A stretch of DNA of 64,000 bases from NCBI RefSeq assembly GCF_902713615.1, contig NC_052146.1, positions 25,774,135 to 25,838,134 on the forward strand, written 5' to 3'. Below, piece by piece: positions 49,551 to 62,187 of this stretch; the stretch's first letter is position 1, and every line of letters starts with the position of its first letter. The notes under the pieces were generated by a model. The model saw nothing but the letters and a program-made list of their open reading frames with translations, was not told the origin of the DNA and did no database searches. Position numbers and translations under genes: made by a program. This DNA is from Scyliorhinus canicula (lineage: Eukaryota).

Positions 49551-52500
49551 CATAAGACCATAAGACATAGGAGTAGAATTAGCCCACTCGGCCCATCGAG
49601 TCTGCTCCACCATTCAGTCATGGCTGATATTTTCTCATCCCCATTCTCCTGCCATCTCCCCAGAACCCCTGATCCCCTTATTGATCAAAAACCTAACTAT
49701 CTCTGTTTTAAAGACACCCAGTGATTTGGCCTCCACAGCCTTCTGCGGCAAAGAGTTCCACAGATTCACCACCCTCTGGCTGAAGAAATTCCTCCTCATC
49801 TCTCTTTTAAAGGATCGTCCCTTTAGTCTGAGATTGTGTGTTCTGCTTCTAGTTTTTCCCACAAGTGGAAACATTCTCTCCACATCCACTCTATCCAGGC
49901 CTCGCAGTATCCTGTAAGTTTCAATAAGATTCCTCCTCATCCTTCTAAACTCCAATGAGTACAGACCCAACTGTCCTCATATGACAAGCTCTTCATTCCA
50001 GGGATCATTCTTGTGAACCTCCTCTGGACCCTTTCCAAGGCCAACACATCCTTCCTTAGATACGGGGACCAAAACTGCTCACAATATTCCAAATAGGGTC
50101 TGACCAGAGCCTTTTACAGCCTCAGGAGTACATCCCTGGTCTTGTATTCTAGCCCTCTCAACATGAATGCTAACATTGCATTCACCATCCTAACTGCCAA
50201 CTGAACCTGCATGTTAACCTTGAGAGAATCGTGAATAAGGATTCCCAAGTCCCTTTGTGCTTCTGATTTCCTGAGCACCTTCCCAGTTAGAATTTACTCT
50301 ATGCCTCCATTTCTCCTTCCAAAAGGATAACCTCACACGTTTCCACATTGTATTCCATCTGCCACTTCTTTGCCCACTCTCCTAGCCTGTCCAAGTCCTT
50401 CTGCAGCTCGCCTGCTTCCTCAATACTACCTGCCCCTCAGCAGATCTTTGTATCATCTGCAAACTTAGCAACCGTGCCTCCAGTTCCTTCCTCCAGATCA
50501 TTAATGCATATTGTGACATCCTGAAAAAGACCCTTTATCCCCACTCTCTGCCTTCTGCCAGTCAGCCAATCCTCTATCCATGCCAGGATCTTACCCTGAA
50601 CGCCATGGGCTCTTAACTTATATAACAGTCTCCTATGAGGGAGCTTGTTAAAGGCCTTCTGGAAATCAACATAAACATGTCCACTGGTTCTCCTTTGTCT
50701 AACTTCCTTGTCACTTCCTCAAATAACTCTAACAGATTTGTCAGACATGACCTCCCCTTGATGAAGCCGTGCTGACTCAGTCCTATTTTACCATGCACTT
50801 CCAAGTACTCTGCGATCTCATCTTTAATAATAGACTCTAAAATCTTACCAATGACCGAAGTCAGGCTAACCGGCCTATAATTTCCCCTCTTCTGCCTCAC
50901 TCCCTTCTTAAACAGTGGTGTTACATTGGCCACCTTCCAGTCCTCTGGGACCCTTCCTGCCTCCAGTGATTCCTGAAAGATCATCGCCAATGCCTCCACA
51001 ATCTCCTCAGCTATCTCTTTTAGAACACTGGGGTGTAGTCCATCCGGTCTAGGTAATTTATCCACCTTCAAATCTTTCAGTTTCCTCAGAATCTTCTCCT
51101 TAGTAATGGTCACTGCACTCACCTCTGCCCCCTGGTTCTCCTGGAGCTCTGGCATCCCACTGGTGTCTTCCACCATGAAGACTGATGCAACGTAACAATT
51201 CACGGGGAATTTCAGGGACTATTCAGTTTGTCTGCCATTTCTTTGTTTCCTACTTCTCCATCCACATTTTCCAGTGTTCCAATGTCTATTTTTCCCTCTC
51301 TCTTACCTTTTATATATTGAAAAAACTCTTCCTATCCTCCTTTATATTACTGGCTATCTTGCACTCATACTTCATCTTCTCCCCCCTTATTGCTTTTTTA
51401 GCTGTCCTCTGCTCGCTTTTAAAGGCTTCCCAGTCCTCTGGCTTCCCACTAATCCTCGCCACTTTGTCTGCTTTTTCTTTAGCTTTTATGCGGTCCTTGA
51501 CTTCCCTCGTCAGTCATGGATGCCTTGTCCTCCCTTGAGCATATTACTTCCTCCTTGGGATTAATTTCTGTTGTGCTTCCCGAATAACCCCCAAAGATTC
51601 CTGCCATTGTTATTCCACTGTCTTACCTGCTCAGCTCCTTTTCAATCAGCTCTGGCCAGCTCCTCCCTCATGTCTTTGTAGTTACCTTTATTTAATTGTA
51701 ATAACGTTACATCTGATTGCAGCTTCTCACTCTCAAACCACAGGGTTCATTCTATCATATTGTGGTCACTGCTCCCTAAGGGTTCCTTCATCTTAAGTTC
51801 CCTAATCAAGCCTGCCTCATTACACATCACCAAATCCAGAATTAACTGTCTCTAGTAGGCTCTGTCACAAGCTACTCCAAAAAACCATCTCTTATACTTT
51901 CCACAAATTCCTTTTCTTGGGATCCACGACCAACCTGATTTTCCCAGTCCACCTGCATTTGAAGTCCCCCATGTTTATTGTAATATTGCTTTTTTTACAT
52001 GCCTTTTCTACCTCCTGATTTATTTTCTGCCCCACCTCCTGACTACTGCCAGGGGACATGTACATAACTCCCATCAGGGTCTTTTTACCTTTGCCCTACC
52101 CAGCTTTTACCTCAACTCTACCCACAGAGATTCTATGCCTTCTGATCCTATATCACTCCTTGCTATCGATTTAACTTCATTCCTTACGAACAATGCAAGC
52201 CCGCCCTCTTTGCCTATCTGCCTGTCCTTTCGATTGGACACATATCCTTGGGTATTTAGATCCCAGCCCTGAGCCCCTTGCAGCTACGTCTCTGTGATGC
52301 CCAAAACATCACACCGGCCAATTTCGATGTGTGCAACGAGCTCATTTACCTTGTTCCGTATACTGGGCACATTCAGGTACAACACCCACAATCCTGCATT
52401 GACCCCCTCCCTTATCACACTTGTCACCTTTTTGCTCTGCCTGAGGGTGACGTAGTTCTTTATTTTGGTTCTCTAATTCCCCTTCAGTTATTACACCTTC

Positions 52501-52570
52501 TAAGCTCACATTTTGGTCCCCCCCCTCCCCCCCCCCCCCCCCCCGCCATATTAGTTTAAATCCTCCCGAG
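49551..52570 (-). mobile_element. Degenerate CR1 LINE, copy 2
   Basis: Homologous to 11845-14840. Confidence 0.92.
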
Positions 52571-53297
52571 TGAACTCCAACTGTCAAACACTCTGTCCAC
52601 CCCGTGCTCAATTTGCACGCTTCACCGCGATTGGCCCAATGGGTCATGTGGCTCCCAGAAACTCACCCACCTGCCAAAGGGACACACCGTCACACATGTT
52701 TACACATGTAGCGTCATGCTTTAATGATGGCTACTCAAACGGGTCAGTTTAATCTGAATATAAATGCAACGCACTAAGTCTTGTTCTGTGTGTTTTTAAA
52801 GCAGAGATCATTTCCTTGGATTGCCGGATTGTCCTGGTGGAGAGGCTTGAATGTTCCGTTGATCCTGGGAGCAATGCCATCAGGAATCGTAAACTCCTGA
52901 CAGGGTCACCCGTGACGGTAAGGTCGGAGGGGAGGAACCAGACAAAGTGCAATCCAAAACAAGTCCTCAACAGTGGATTGGGGGAAGAAACCCATATGGT
53001 ATCAATGGCTGCAATGGCGGATGAAGCCCGCAGCAGGAGGGAGATCCCCAGGCATCGAGGTTCCCTTGTCACTGAAACTGGACCTACCCTTTGTCAAGGA
53101 CCGTGCATCTGCTGATGTGCAAAGGCATTCCCACGTTAATAGATGTCCTGCACCAGGCGTCTACCTGAAGGAAACCACACAGACAAGGCCTGCAATGATC
53201 GGCGAGAGGTGTGATTACACCTTCTTCTGGCGATGAAAACCTGAGGTTCAGCCAGAGATGCATGGACTTGGATTAACCATCAAGAATAAACTTGTGG

Positions 53298-54990
53298 GAC
53301 TTCCGATGGCGACATGTAGGTGGAAGTCGCACGTTAGGTGGCTCCTGTTAGAGTCTTTGTATTTTTGGTCTTTATCGCCAGTCTCAGGGGTACTTTTTGG
53401 ATGAGTTGTTGAGGGAAGTCATAAGGAGTCAGTGGAATGTCGAAGTTCCAGAAGGAAGTTCCTGGAAAGAAGGGGGTGAGTGAATTTCCGCCGGCGAGTG
53501 TTGCTGTGAGTCCAGCAGGAGGAAAGATGGCAGGGGGCTGGTTCGTCAGGTGGGGCCGCTCCCATCACGGTTGAAATTCTGACCGGGGTGGTGTCGGGGC
53601 AGTTTGAAAGGCTGTTCACCAAACATTTAGAGGCGCTTTGGAGGGAGATGACGGATTGGCTGAAAGAGTGGGTGGAGGAGATGCTTGCCCCGATAAAGGT
53701 TGCATTAATTATGCTGATGTTTGAAGTGCGGGACCAAGGAGAGAATGAAAGGGGTAAAGGAGCATTGTTGCAACTTCGCGACCAGTTCACCTCGATGGGT
53801 GAGGAGCTGCCCAGGGTGGCGGAGGTCAATAAAGGGCTAAGAGCCATGGTGGGTGACCTGGAGAACAGGTCAAGGAGTCAGAATTTGTGGATCTTGGCTG
53901 TGCCCGAAGGGGTGGAGGGCACAAGGCTGACCCGAGTATTTTGCGAACATGTTCTCCATGTTGGTGGGGGAGGGGGGAAGAACCCTCCCTCCATGAGTTG
54001 GACAAGGAACATTGGTCAGTCCAGCTGAAGCCTGGAATAAATGAGCCACCAAGCGCGGCCATAGTCTGCTTCTACAGCTACCACGTGAAGGGGAAGGTTT
54101 TGAGCTGGGCGAAGCAGAAGCGGAAAATGAAATGGGACGACGTTGGGATTGGTATATACCTAGATCTGACAGTGGAATTGGTGAAAATACGGCCGGCCTT
54201 TGGACGGGTGAAGGCAGCACTGTACAGCAGTGGGGTGAGGGTCAGAGTGGTCGCCCCAGCGGAGCCGTGAATGACTCACAACTCAAAGGCCTTTTACTTT
54301 GAGACGGCGGAGATGTTCTTTAATGCTGAAGAACTGGGACTGAGATGAGAGTTCGGATCTGAACTTTGATGGTGTGGACTGGGAATGCTTTTTTTTAGCT
54401 TGTTTCCTAGATTTATTTTTTGTCAAGGGGGCGTTTTTTGCATGTGTTCTTGTTTCTTGTTATGCATGTGTTTTTATGTTGTTTAGGGGATGCGGTCTCC
54501 CTACTCTGGCGGTATGGCTAGGGGGGGTTGGAGTTGGCGGTTGGTGGGAGTGTGGGATGGGGGCGTTGGAGGGGGTTTGGCATGATGAGCCACGTTGCTG
54601 AGGGTGTGGTGGGGTGGACGGGGTGCTCTCGCAGGGGTAACCACGCTAGCGAACGAAGGTTGGCTAGTGAACGGCAGTGTGGAGGGGGGAGGGGCCGTGG
54701 GCATTGGAGCCTGGTCGAACAGGTTTCAATGGACCTGGAAGGTGTGAATGGTTGGCGGAGCAGATTGATACTGGGTGAGGTGTTTGCAAGAGGACGTGGA
54801 TGGGATTTTGGGAAAGGGGATGGGGGTTGGGGATGGGTAACAGAGGGAGGGGACCAGTCCAGTGGATAGGTAGGGCGTGGGGTAATGGTGATGGCAGTTA
54901 GGAGGGCAGCGAGGGAGGGTGAGGCACTCCTGGTCAGAATGGTGATGTGGAACGTGAGGGGGTTAGGGGACTTGTAAAGACAGCAAGAGA
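53298..54990 (+). mobile_element. 5' part of the L1-clade LINE, copy 2
   Basis: Homologous to 16081-17750. ORF2 continues WNVRGLGGLVKTAR and is then interrupted. Confidence 0.85.
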
Positions 54991-54991
54991 T

Positions 54992-55454
54992 GACTTCCGG
55001 TTGCGGTGATGCGGAGCTGAGCCAGATGTTCGGTAGCTCCCGCTATTTTTGGCCTTTTGGGCTCTTTAAGGGGCCATCAGCGGTGCTGGTTGGACTTTTC
55101 CCCGGGTGGGAACACATCCACTGCGCTTATCTGCCGGTGGATGGACTGAACCAGGAGCGGAGCGGTCAAAAAATCGGCTTTGGAGCAGAGAAAGGTGCGA
55201 GGCAGGAAAAACAAGATGGCGGCAGGCGGGGAACCGGAGCTGCTCCATCGCTGCTTCAGAGAGCTGAAGGCTGAGATCCTGGAACCATTTAAGGCCTCGC
55301 TGGACAAGCTCATGGCGACTCAGACGGCTCAAGGTGTGGAGATCTGAGAGCTACGGCAAAAGGCCTCGGAGAGCGAGGACGAACTCGGGGCCTGGCAGTG
55401 AAGTTGGAGTCGCATGAGGCGCTTCAGAAGAAATGGCAGGCAAGGATGGAGGAG
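54992..55454 (+). mobile_element. 5' fragment of a second L1-like family, copy 2 only
   Basis: GACTTCCGGTTGCGG 5' end, AAGATGGCGG ORF1-like start and coiled-coil ELKAEILEPFKASLDKLM. Confidence 0.65.
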
Positions 55455-55552
55455 CCCCTTGTGGGACTTCTCCCTTTGATACATATAGCCTCAGACACTC
55501 TTATTGTTACTTTCATGTTTCAAATGTCATTTTCTTCCGAGTTTTCACAACA

Positions 55553-56860
55553 CGTGGAGGAGGTGTTGTTTATTCTTACTGATTGTGGTCTGTGGGTCAG
55601 AAAGTCGAGGATCCAGTTGCAGAGTGAGGAACCAAGTGCTAGGTTTTGGAGCTTTGATATGAGCTTGGCTGGGATGATGTTGTTGAAGGCAGAGCTGTAG
55701 TCAATAAATAGGAGTCTGACGTTGGAGTCCTTGTTGTCGAGATGCTCCAGGGATGAGTGTAGGGCCAGGGAGATGGCTTCTGCTGTGGACCGGTTGCAGC
55801 GGTATGCGAATTGCAGTGGATCAAGGTATTCTGGGAGTTTGGAGTTGATGTGCCTCATGACCAACCTCTCGAAGCATTTCATTGCAATCAATGTCAGGGC
55901 CACCGGACGGTAGTCATTGAGGCACGTTGCCTGGTTCTTAGAATAAAGAACAGTACAGCACAGTACAGGCCCTTCGGCCCACGATGTTGTACCGACCATT
56001 TATCCTAATCTAAGATCACCCTAACTGACACCCGTTCAATTTACTGCTGTCTGTGTGCCTGTCCAAGAGTCGCTTAAATTGTCCTAATAACTCTGACTCA
56101 ACCACCCCTGCTTGTAGAGAATCCCACACACCCACTACTCTCTGTGTAAAGAACCTACCTCTGACATTTCCCCTATACCTTCCTCCAATCACCTTCAAAT
56201 TATGTCCCCTCATTACAGCCATTTCCACCCTGGGGAAAAGTCTCTGGCTATCCATTCTATCCATGCCTCTCGTCACCTTGTACACCTTGATCAAGTCACC
56301 TCTCTGCCTTCTTTGCACCAGTGAGAAAAGCCCAGGGTCCCTCAACCTTTCTTTGTAAGACATGCCCTCCAGTCCAGGCAGCATCCTGGTAAATCTCCTC
56401 TGCACCCTCTCCAAAGCATCCACATCCTTCCTATAATGAGGCGACCAGAACTGGACACAATATTCCAAGTGTGGTCTAACCAGGGTTTTATAAAGCTGCA
56501 GCAAAACCTCGCGTCTCTTAAACTCAATCCCGCTGTTAATGAACGCCAACACACCATACGCTTTCTTAACAACCCTATCAGCCTGGGTGGCAACTCTGAG
56601 GGATCTATGGACCCCAAGATCCCTCTGTTCCTCCACACTTCCAAGAATCCGGCCTTTAACCCTGTATTCAGCATTTACATTCGACCTTCTAAAATGAATC
56701 ACTTCACATTTATCTAAGTTGAACTCCATCTGCCACTTCTCAGCCCAGCTCTGCATCTTTGGCATTCGTATGATGGTGGTCTTCTTGAAGCAGGTGGGGA
56801 ACCTCGGAACGGAGTAGGGAGAGGATGATGATGTCTGTGAACATACCAGCCAGCCAAGAA
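55553..56860 (-). mobile_element. Rex1 RT fragment with nested CR1 (55939-56760), copy 2
   Basis: Homologous to 27928-29040, plus about 220 bp missing from copy 1. Confidence 0.85.
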
Positions 56861-57432
56861 CCGATCCCAGCTCCCAGAAACACCTAACAAGTGTTCAGTC
56901 AAAGATGTGGCTCTAGGATTGGACTCATCAGCAATGCAAGGACTCGCAGAGCCTGCATATTGTCCCCATGTCTGCGTGGGTTTCCTCCGGGCGCTCCGGT
57001 TTCCTCCCACAAGTCCTGTAGGGTGTGCTTGTTAGGTGAATTGGACATTCTGAATTCTCCCTCTGTGTACCCGAACAGGCGCCGGAGTGTGGCAACTAAG
57101 GGCTTTTCACAGTAACTTCATTGCAGTGTTAATGTAAGCCTACTTTTGACACTAATAAAGATTATAATAATGATTACAAAACCCATGACCAGTATCACAG
57201 ACAGCCATACTTGTTAGTGAGTGATCGCTGAAGAACATTTAAATGGTTACACATAAATGCAGCGTAAATGCTTGCTTTGTGTGTTTTAAAAGAAACTTTA
57301 AAAATGTAAACATTGAGTGAAGTTGATATTTGTTGGGGTAAAAAGTATTCAAACGGCTGAGGGAAATATAGCATCAACACATTGCCCCCTGGCCCACCCA
57401 CCCTGACATTTCTGGGTGAAAATGCTGGGAAG

Positions 57433-57522
57433 GAAATGGAAAGTGAAACTGATCAGAGGCTGTTTGCTGCTGACTGAGATCATTTGTCAGACTGTGCGGG
57501 GGTGTTTTCGGAAATTGAAACT
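57433..57522 (+). promoter_or_regulatory. Two ISREs of ISG15-B2
   Basis: GAAATGGAAAGTGAAACT 57433-57450 and GAAATTGAAACT 57511-57522, identical to B1. Confidence 0.85.
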
Positions 57523-57845
57523 TTAGCTCAGATCTGGAGGGGCGGGTTTATGGCAGAGCCAGGAGTGTTGGGCAATCAGAGAGCAGCAAAGCTGTGACGT
57601 TCGGAAACAAGCTGGGAGAATGAAAGTAGAGGGAGCCAGCGAGAGAGACAGAGAATTGTTAAACGGAGACACACAGCGGAGGCACAGCAACATACAGAGC
57701 AGCAGAAGCAAAGAGTTTAATTCACACATCTCACCCAGATCTGAGAGTCGGTGCGAAGATAAACAGAGAAGGTGAACTGCACAGAAACGGTGCATCAGAA
57801 AATATCCAGCTGTTTAACTTTCCTGGATCTGTGCATCCTGTACCT

Positions 57846-58736
57846 GTAAGTTCATTCTGCTGTTTGGGGATTCTTTTAATATTCTATTTCTCATTCTGTT
57901 TGGGGGCTATTTTAATATTCTATTTCTGGTGTGTAAATTGGGATGTTCTGAATCTCAGACGCAATTTATGAAAAATGATTGTTAAAACTGGGTGGGAAAA
58001 ATAAAACAGTACTTTTAAACTTTCAAGCTTTTTGGAGACAAGGTTGTATCTTTATGTGAATTTCGATGCCCGTTATTCCAAGGGAGTTATTCACATATTT
58101 GAAATCAATGCATTCACCATTTATTAACCAAAATTACAAATTTTTAAAATCTAAAATAATAAGATAGGTTAGGGGTGAATTGATGTGGGGGGAGGGGTCT
58201 GAATGTGTTATGTTCAATTTCACTCAGAATTAAATATAAAATTATATCATTTGAACGTGGTGAAGGTACAAGAGAATAAATATCATTGCAAATTTAAATA
58301 GCAAGAGAGATGTAAGTGAGATAAAACATCGCTGTCTCCCCGGGGCAGAACTAGATTTTGGGCAGTCTGACAAATCCACTTTCATCTTAGTGCAGTATTT
58401 AAAACAAACACATTTGAGAAAGATTCTACACAACGAGCAAAGTACTGCGTGAGTGACATCGAGGTAGCATTTGACGGAGTGAGACCTGACAGCCCCTATC
58501 CCACACACCCACCGACTGTTCAGTGTGCACAAACTCCATGGTTTGTCCCATTGTGAATAAAACATTGAAAGGAAGTTTGATTGAGTTGGGAGTAGAATAG
58601 GTGCAGAATACACAATATATTAGTTCCCTCGATTCTGTCACTGTCTGGACAATGTATTGCATGTTTAAAATTATGTGATTGATACACAATACAAAACATC
58701 TCCACGGTCACTGACATTTTGTTCATTTCTCAACAG
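57846..58736 (+). other. Putative 5'-UTR intron of ISG15-B2
   Basis: CT|GTAAGT ... TTTCTCAACAG. Confidence 0.78.
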
Positions 58737-58748
58737 CAATTTGACAAG

Positions 58749-59216
58749 ATGAGACTCCAGGTGAAGTTTATGACCGGTGAGATTATTGAACTTGAGATCG
58801 ACCCTTCCATCCAAGTCTCAGCTCTCAAGAAGATGATATATGAAAAAACCAAGGTGGCCCATTTCCGTCAGCGCCTGGTGGTACAAAACGGAAACACAGA
58901 GGAGCTGAGGGATGACAAGAGGCTGTGTGACTACAATGTCTCTCCCAGCAATGTTGTCATGCTGATTGTCAAGAAGGAGGAGCGCATGCAGATATTCCTG
59001 AAGAACGAAAAGGGGAAAACATCTACATATGATGTTCTTCCCACTGAGTCTGTTCAGGATTTAAAGGCACGCGTGCAGCGGCAGGAGGGTGTCCCAGCCA
59101 ATCAGCAGCGCCTGGTGTATGAGGGCAGACAGCTAGAGGATGGTCACTCACTCGCTGACTACAATATTCAGTCTGAGAGCACCATCTTCCTTACGCTGCG
59201 TCTACGAGGTGGTTAA
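58749..59216 (+). CDS. isg15: ISG15-like di-ubiquitin protein, type B copy 2 (155 aa)
   Basis: Protein identical to B1, with two silent differences. AATAAA 60200-60205. Confidence 0.95.
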   Translation: MRLQVKFMTGEIIELEIDPSIQVSALKKMIYEKTKVAHFRQRLVVQNGNTEELRDDKRLCDYNVSPSNVVMLIVKKEERMQIFLKNEKGKTSTYDVLPTESVQDLKARVQRQEGVPANQQRLVYEGRQLEDGHSLADYNIQSESTIFLTLRLRGG

Positions 59217-61449
59217 CTATGACAGCACCAATATAGAGTGTTAGATATTACACAAAATTCCCATAAAACTCAATTACATTTTTCTCAATGGTGCAAGGTC
59301 TATGAGGTTAAGGGTTTCAGTCAGTGAGTAAATGATACTTTGACTGTCACTCTTGGTTTGATTCATTTATAACATTAGGGTGTTCATCACATGTTCGTGT
59401 TTGCTGACCAATCAGGCCATTGCCTGCACTCTGCCTGCAAGAGATGTTAGGCAAAGCAGGGGAAGGTGTCCTTAGAACAGAAAAGTATTTTTATTTTCCA
59501 AATGGGGCCAAAGACAACAAAATATTTTTCTTTGCAATGTGAATTCAGGTTAGGCCCAAGTCTGGTGATTGTGGGAATTCGCTATGAAGGAGGTTGTGTG
59601 AGTGTCAGTGTTAATCTAATGTACATTTGCTCACAATATGAACATTATTCCAGTTCTTATTGTCACTCAGGTTTGCCACAAGGTGGTTGATATGTAAAAA
59701 GATGAAATGGGACATTTCTTATTGTTTTGTACTGAAATGTGCCCAAATTAACTGTACATAATGGTTAGCAAAAATGTTGAATGAAAATTTTCTCAGTTAA
59801 CAATTATTATTCTGGGCAGCACAGTGGTGCAGTGGTTAGCACTGCTGCCTCACGGCACCAAGGTCCCAGGTTCAATCCTGGCTCTTGGTCACTGACCACG
59901 CGGAGTTTGCACATTGTCCCCGTGTTTGCGCGGGTGTCTCCCCCACAACCCAAAGATGTGCAGGGTAGGTGGATTGGTCACGCTAAATTGCCCCTTAATT
60001 GGAAAAAATTAATTGGGTACTCTAAATTTATTTTAAAAACAATGATTATTCTGCCAGTATTTCTTTAGCCTTACTTTATGTGAGTAGATGTGTATGTGTC
60101 CAAAATAGAAATGATTTAGTCAGACTGCTTCGTCCTTTGCAATGGCATTATTTGTGTCTTAGATTGTTCAATTTGTTAAAATATGCAATGTTACTTGAAA
60201 ATAAAGTTATTTCTTTAGATATAAATCAAAATGCTGTCTTGTTGTTTCTGCCTGGTGACTATTTTTAAATCTGTATCATCTGTGAATCCATGTATCTTAC
60301 ATCAGGGACCAAATTTCAAACCATTTTCAGATGATTTATCCAAACCTAGAGTTTTATGAAAACAACATTGACTGATTGACTGAACACTCATTGGGGGTTG
60401 GATTGAGATTAATAATCCAGTATCCCAGGGTAATGCTCTGAAGACCCAGGTTCAAATCCCACCAGGGCAGATGGTGAAATTTGTAGTAAAAACCCATCTG
60501 ATTCACGCATATCCTGAAGGGAAGGAAGTCTGTCATCCTTACCTGGTCTGACCTAAATGTAACTCCAGATCCACAGCAATGTGGCTGATTCTTAAACACC
60601 CTCAGGAATGGGCAGTAAATGCTGACCCAGTGACACCCACATCCCATGAACAAATAAAGAAAATAAACTTGAAGCAGCTAGTAACAATATCGAGAAACTG
60701 AATCAAGTGACTTACAAACACAAAGGGCACACATTCATTTTCGTATTGCTGTGTACCACTTGTCTACATCTGCTTCCTGTGTGATCTTCTGTGAATAAAA
60801 GAACTCACCCGGGGTGTTCCCTATGTGTAAGCTGTGAGTTAACGCGACCCTGATGTCACCCAATCTAACCGGTCTAAGATGTGGTCAGATACATGACTGG
60901 AATTTAATGGCAGTGACTTTACACTCAAGGAAGTGTAGTTTCAGAGGGAGGTCCCCTGTGATTTTAAAAAGAGTGAGGCTACAATGGTAGAACAGTTTAA
61001 AGCTGAGATTGGAATGGCCTAGAGCTGAGATGCAGACCGAGACCAGAGATTTTAGGGAGAAAAGGAAGAACTGTGAGTCTGAGAAAAATCCACAAAGTGG
61101 GGTCACAGCACAAGGAAGGAATGACATAGTTACAGATAAAAAGCACACCAATAACTGAAAATTATATCATGGATTTAAAATAAAGACTAAATAAATTGAA
61201 TAGATGCAAAACAAACCCTTTAATTAACAAATAAATAAAACAATGTTAGCTGGAGATGGCAGTGTAGGTGGTTTGCCACAACAGCAGCATGTTGTTGTGA
61301 TTCAAAGTGTCTGAATCAGAAGGGATTTGAACTTTGGAGGTGTTGAGCTGCAGTCTGAGATGCAGACATTGTGGGGAATCAGAGAGGGAGAGAATTGCAA
61401 GTTCACTGAACCCAGGAGGCACACATCCTTTAGGTTAGGTCATGGGATT

Positions 61450-62047
61450 CAGGAGCAGGCCGGTGTGACTGTGAGTCGGGCAGGCATGGAGGCCCCAGGA
61501 GCAGGCAGGTGTGACTGTGAGTCGGGTAGGCATGGAGGCCCCAGGAGCAGGCAGGTGTGACTGTGAGTCGGGCAGGCATGGAGGCCCCAGGAGCAGGCAG
61601 GTGTGACTGTGAGTCGGGCAGGCATGGAGGCCCCAGGAGCAGGCAGGTGTGACTGTGAGTCAGGCAGGCATGGAGGCCCCAGGAGCAGGCAGGTGTGACT
61701 GTGAGTCGGGCAGGCATGGAGGCCCCAGGAGCAGGCAGGTGTGACTGTGAGTCGGGAAGGCATGGAGGCCCCAGGAGCAGGCAGGTGTGACTGTGAGTTG
61801 GGCAGGCATGAAGGCCCCAGGAGCAGGCAGGTGTGACTGTGAGTCGGGCAGGCATGGAGGCCCCAGGAGCAGGCAGGTGTGACTGTGAGTCGGGCAGGCA
61901 TGGAGGCCCCAGGAGCAGGCAGGTGTGACTGTGAGTCGGGCAGGCATGGAGGCCCCAGGAGCAGGCAGGTGTGACTGTGAGTCGGGCAGGCATGGAGGCC
62001 CCAGGAGCAGGCAGGTGTGACTGTGAGTCGGGCAGGCATGGAGGCCC
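61450..62047. repeat. 46-bp minisatellite, 13 copies
   Basis: Same unit as 33973-34340. Confidence 0.95.
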
Positions 62048-62187
62048 CAGGAGCAGTGCTGGAGGAACCTCAGCGGTTGTCCTTATCTAACAGTTATGTG
62101 CTTCCTGCTGCCTGTGTGAGTGAGGGTTAAATCTGTCTGGTGGATGAGAAAACAAGACGACAGCGCCATTGGACATGATGCCATTTA

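Noticed and set aside
56016-56765. 249-aa and 284-aa (28390-29244) minus-strand ORFs
   Set aside because: CR1 ORF2 C-terminal fragments, 5'-truncated.
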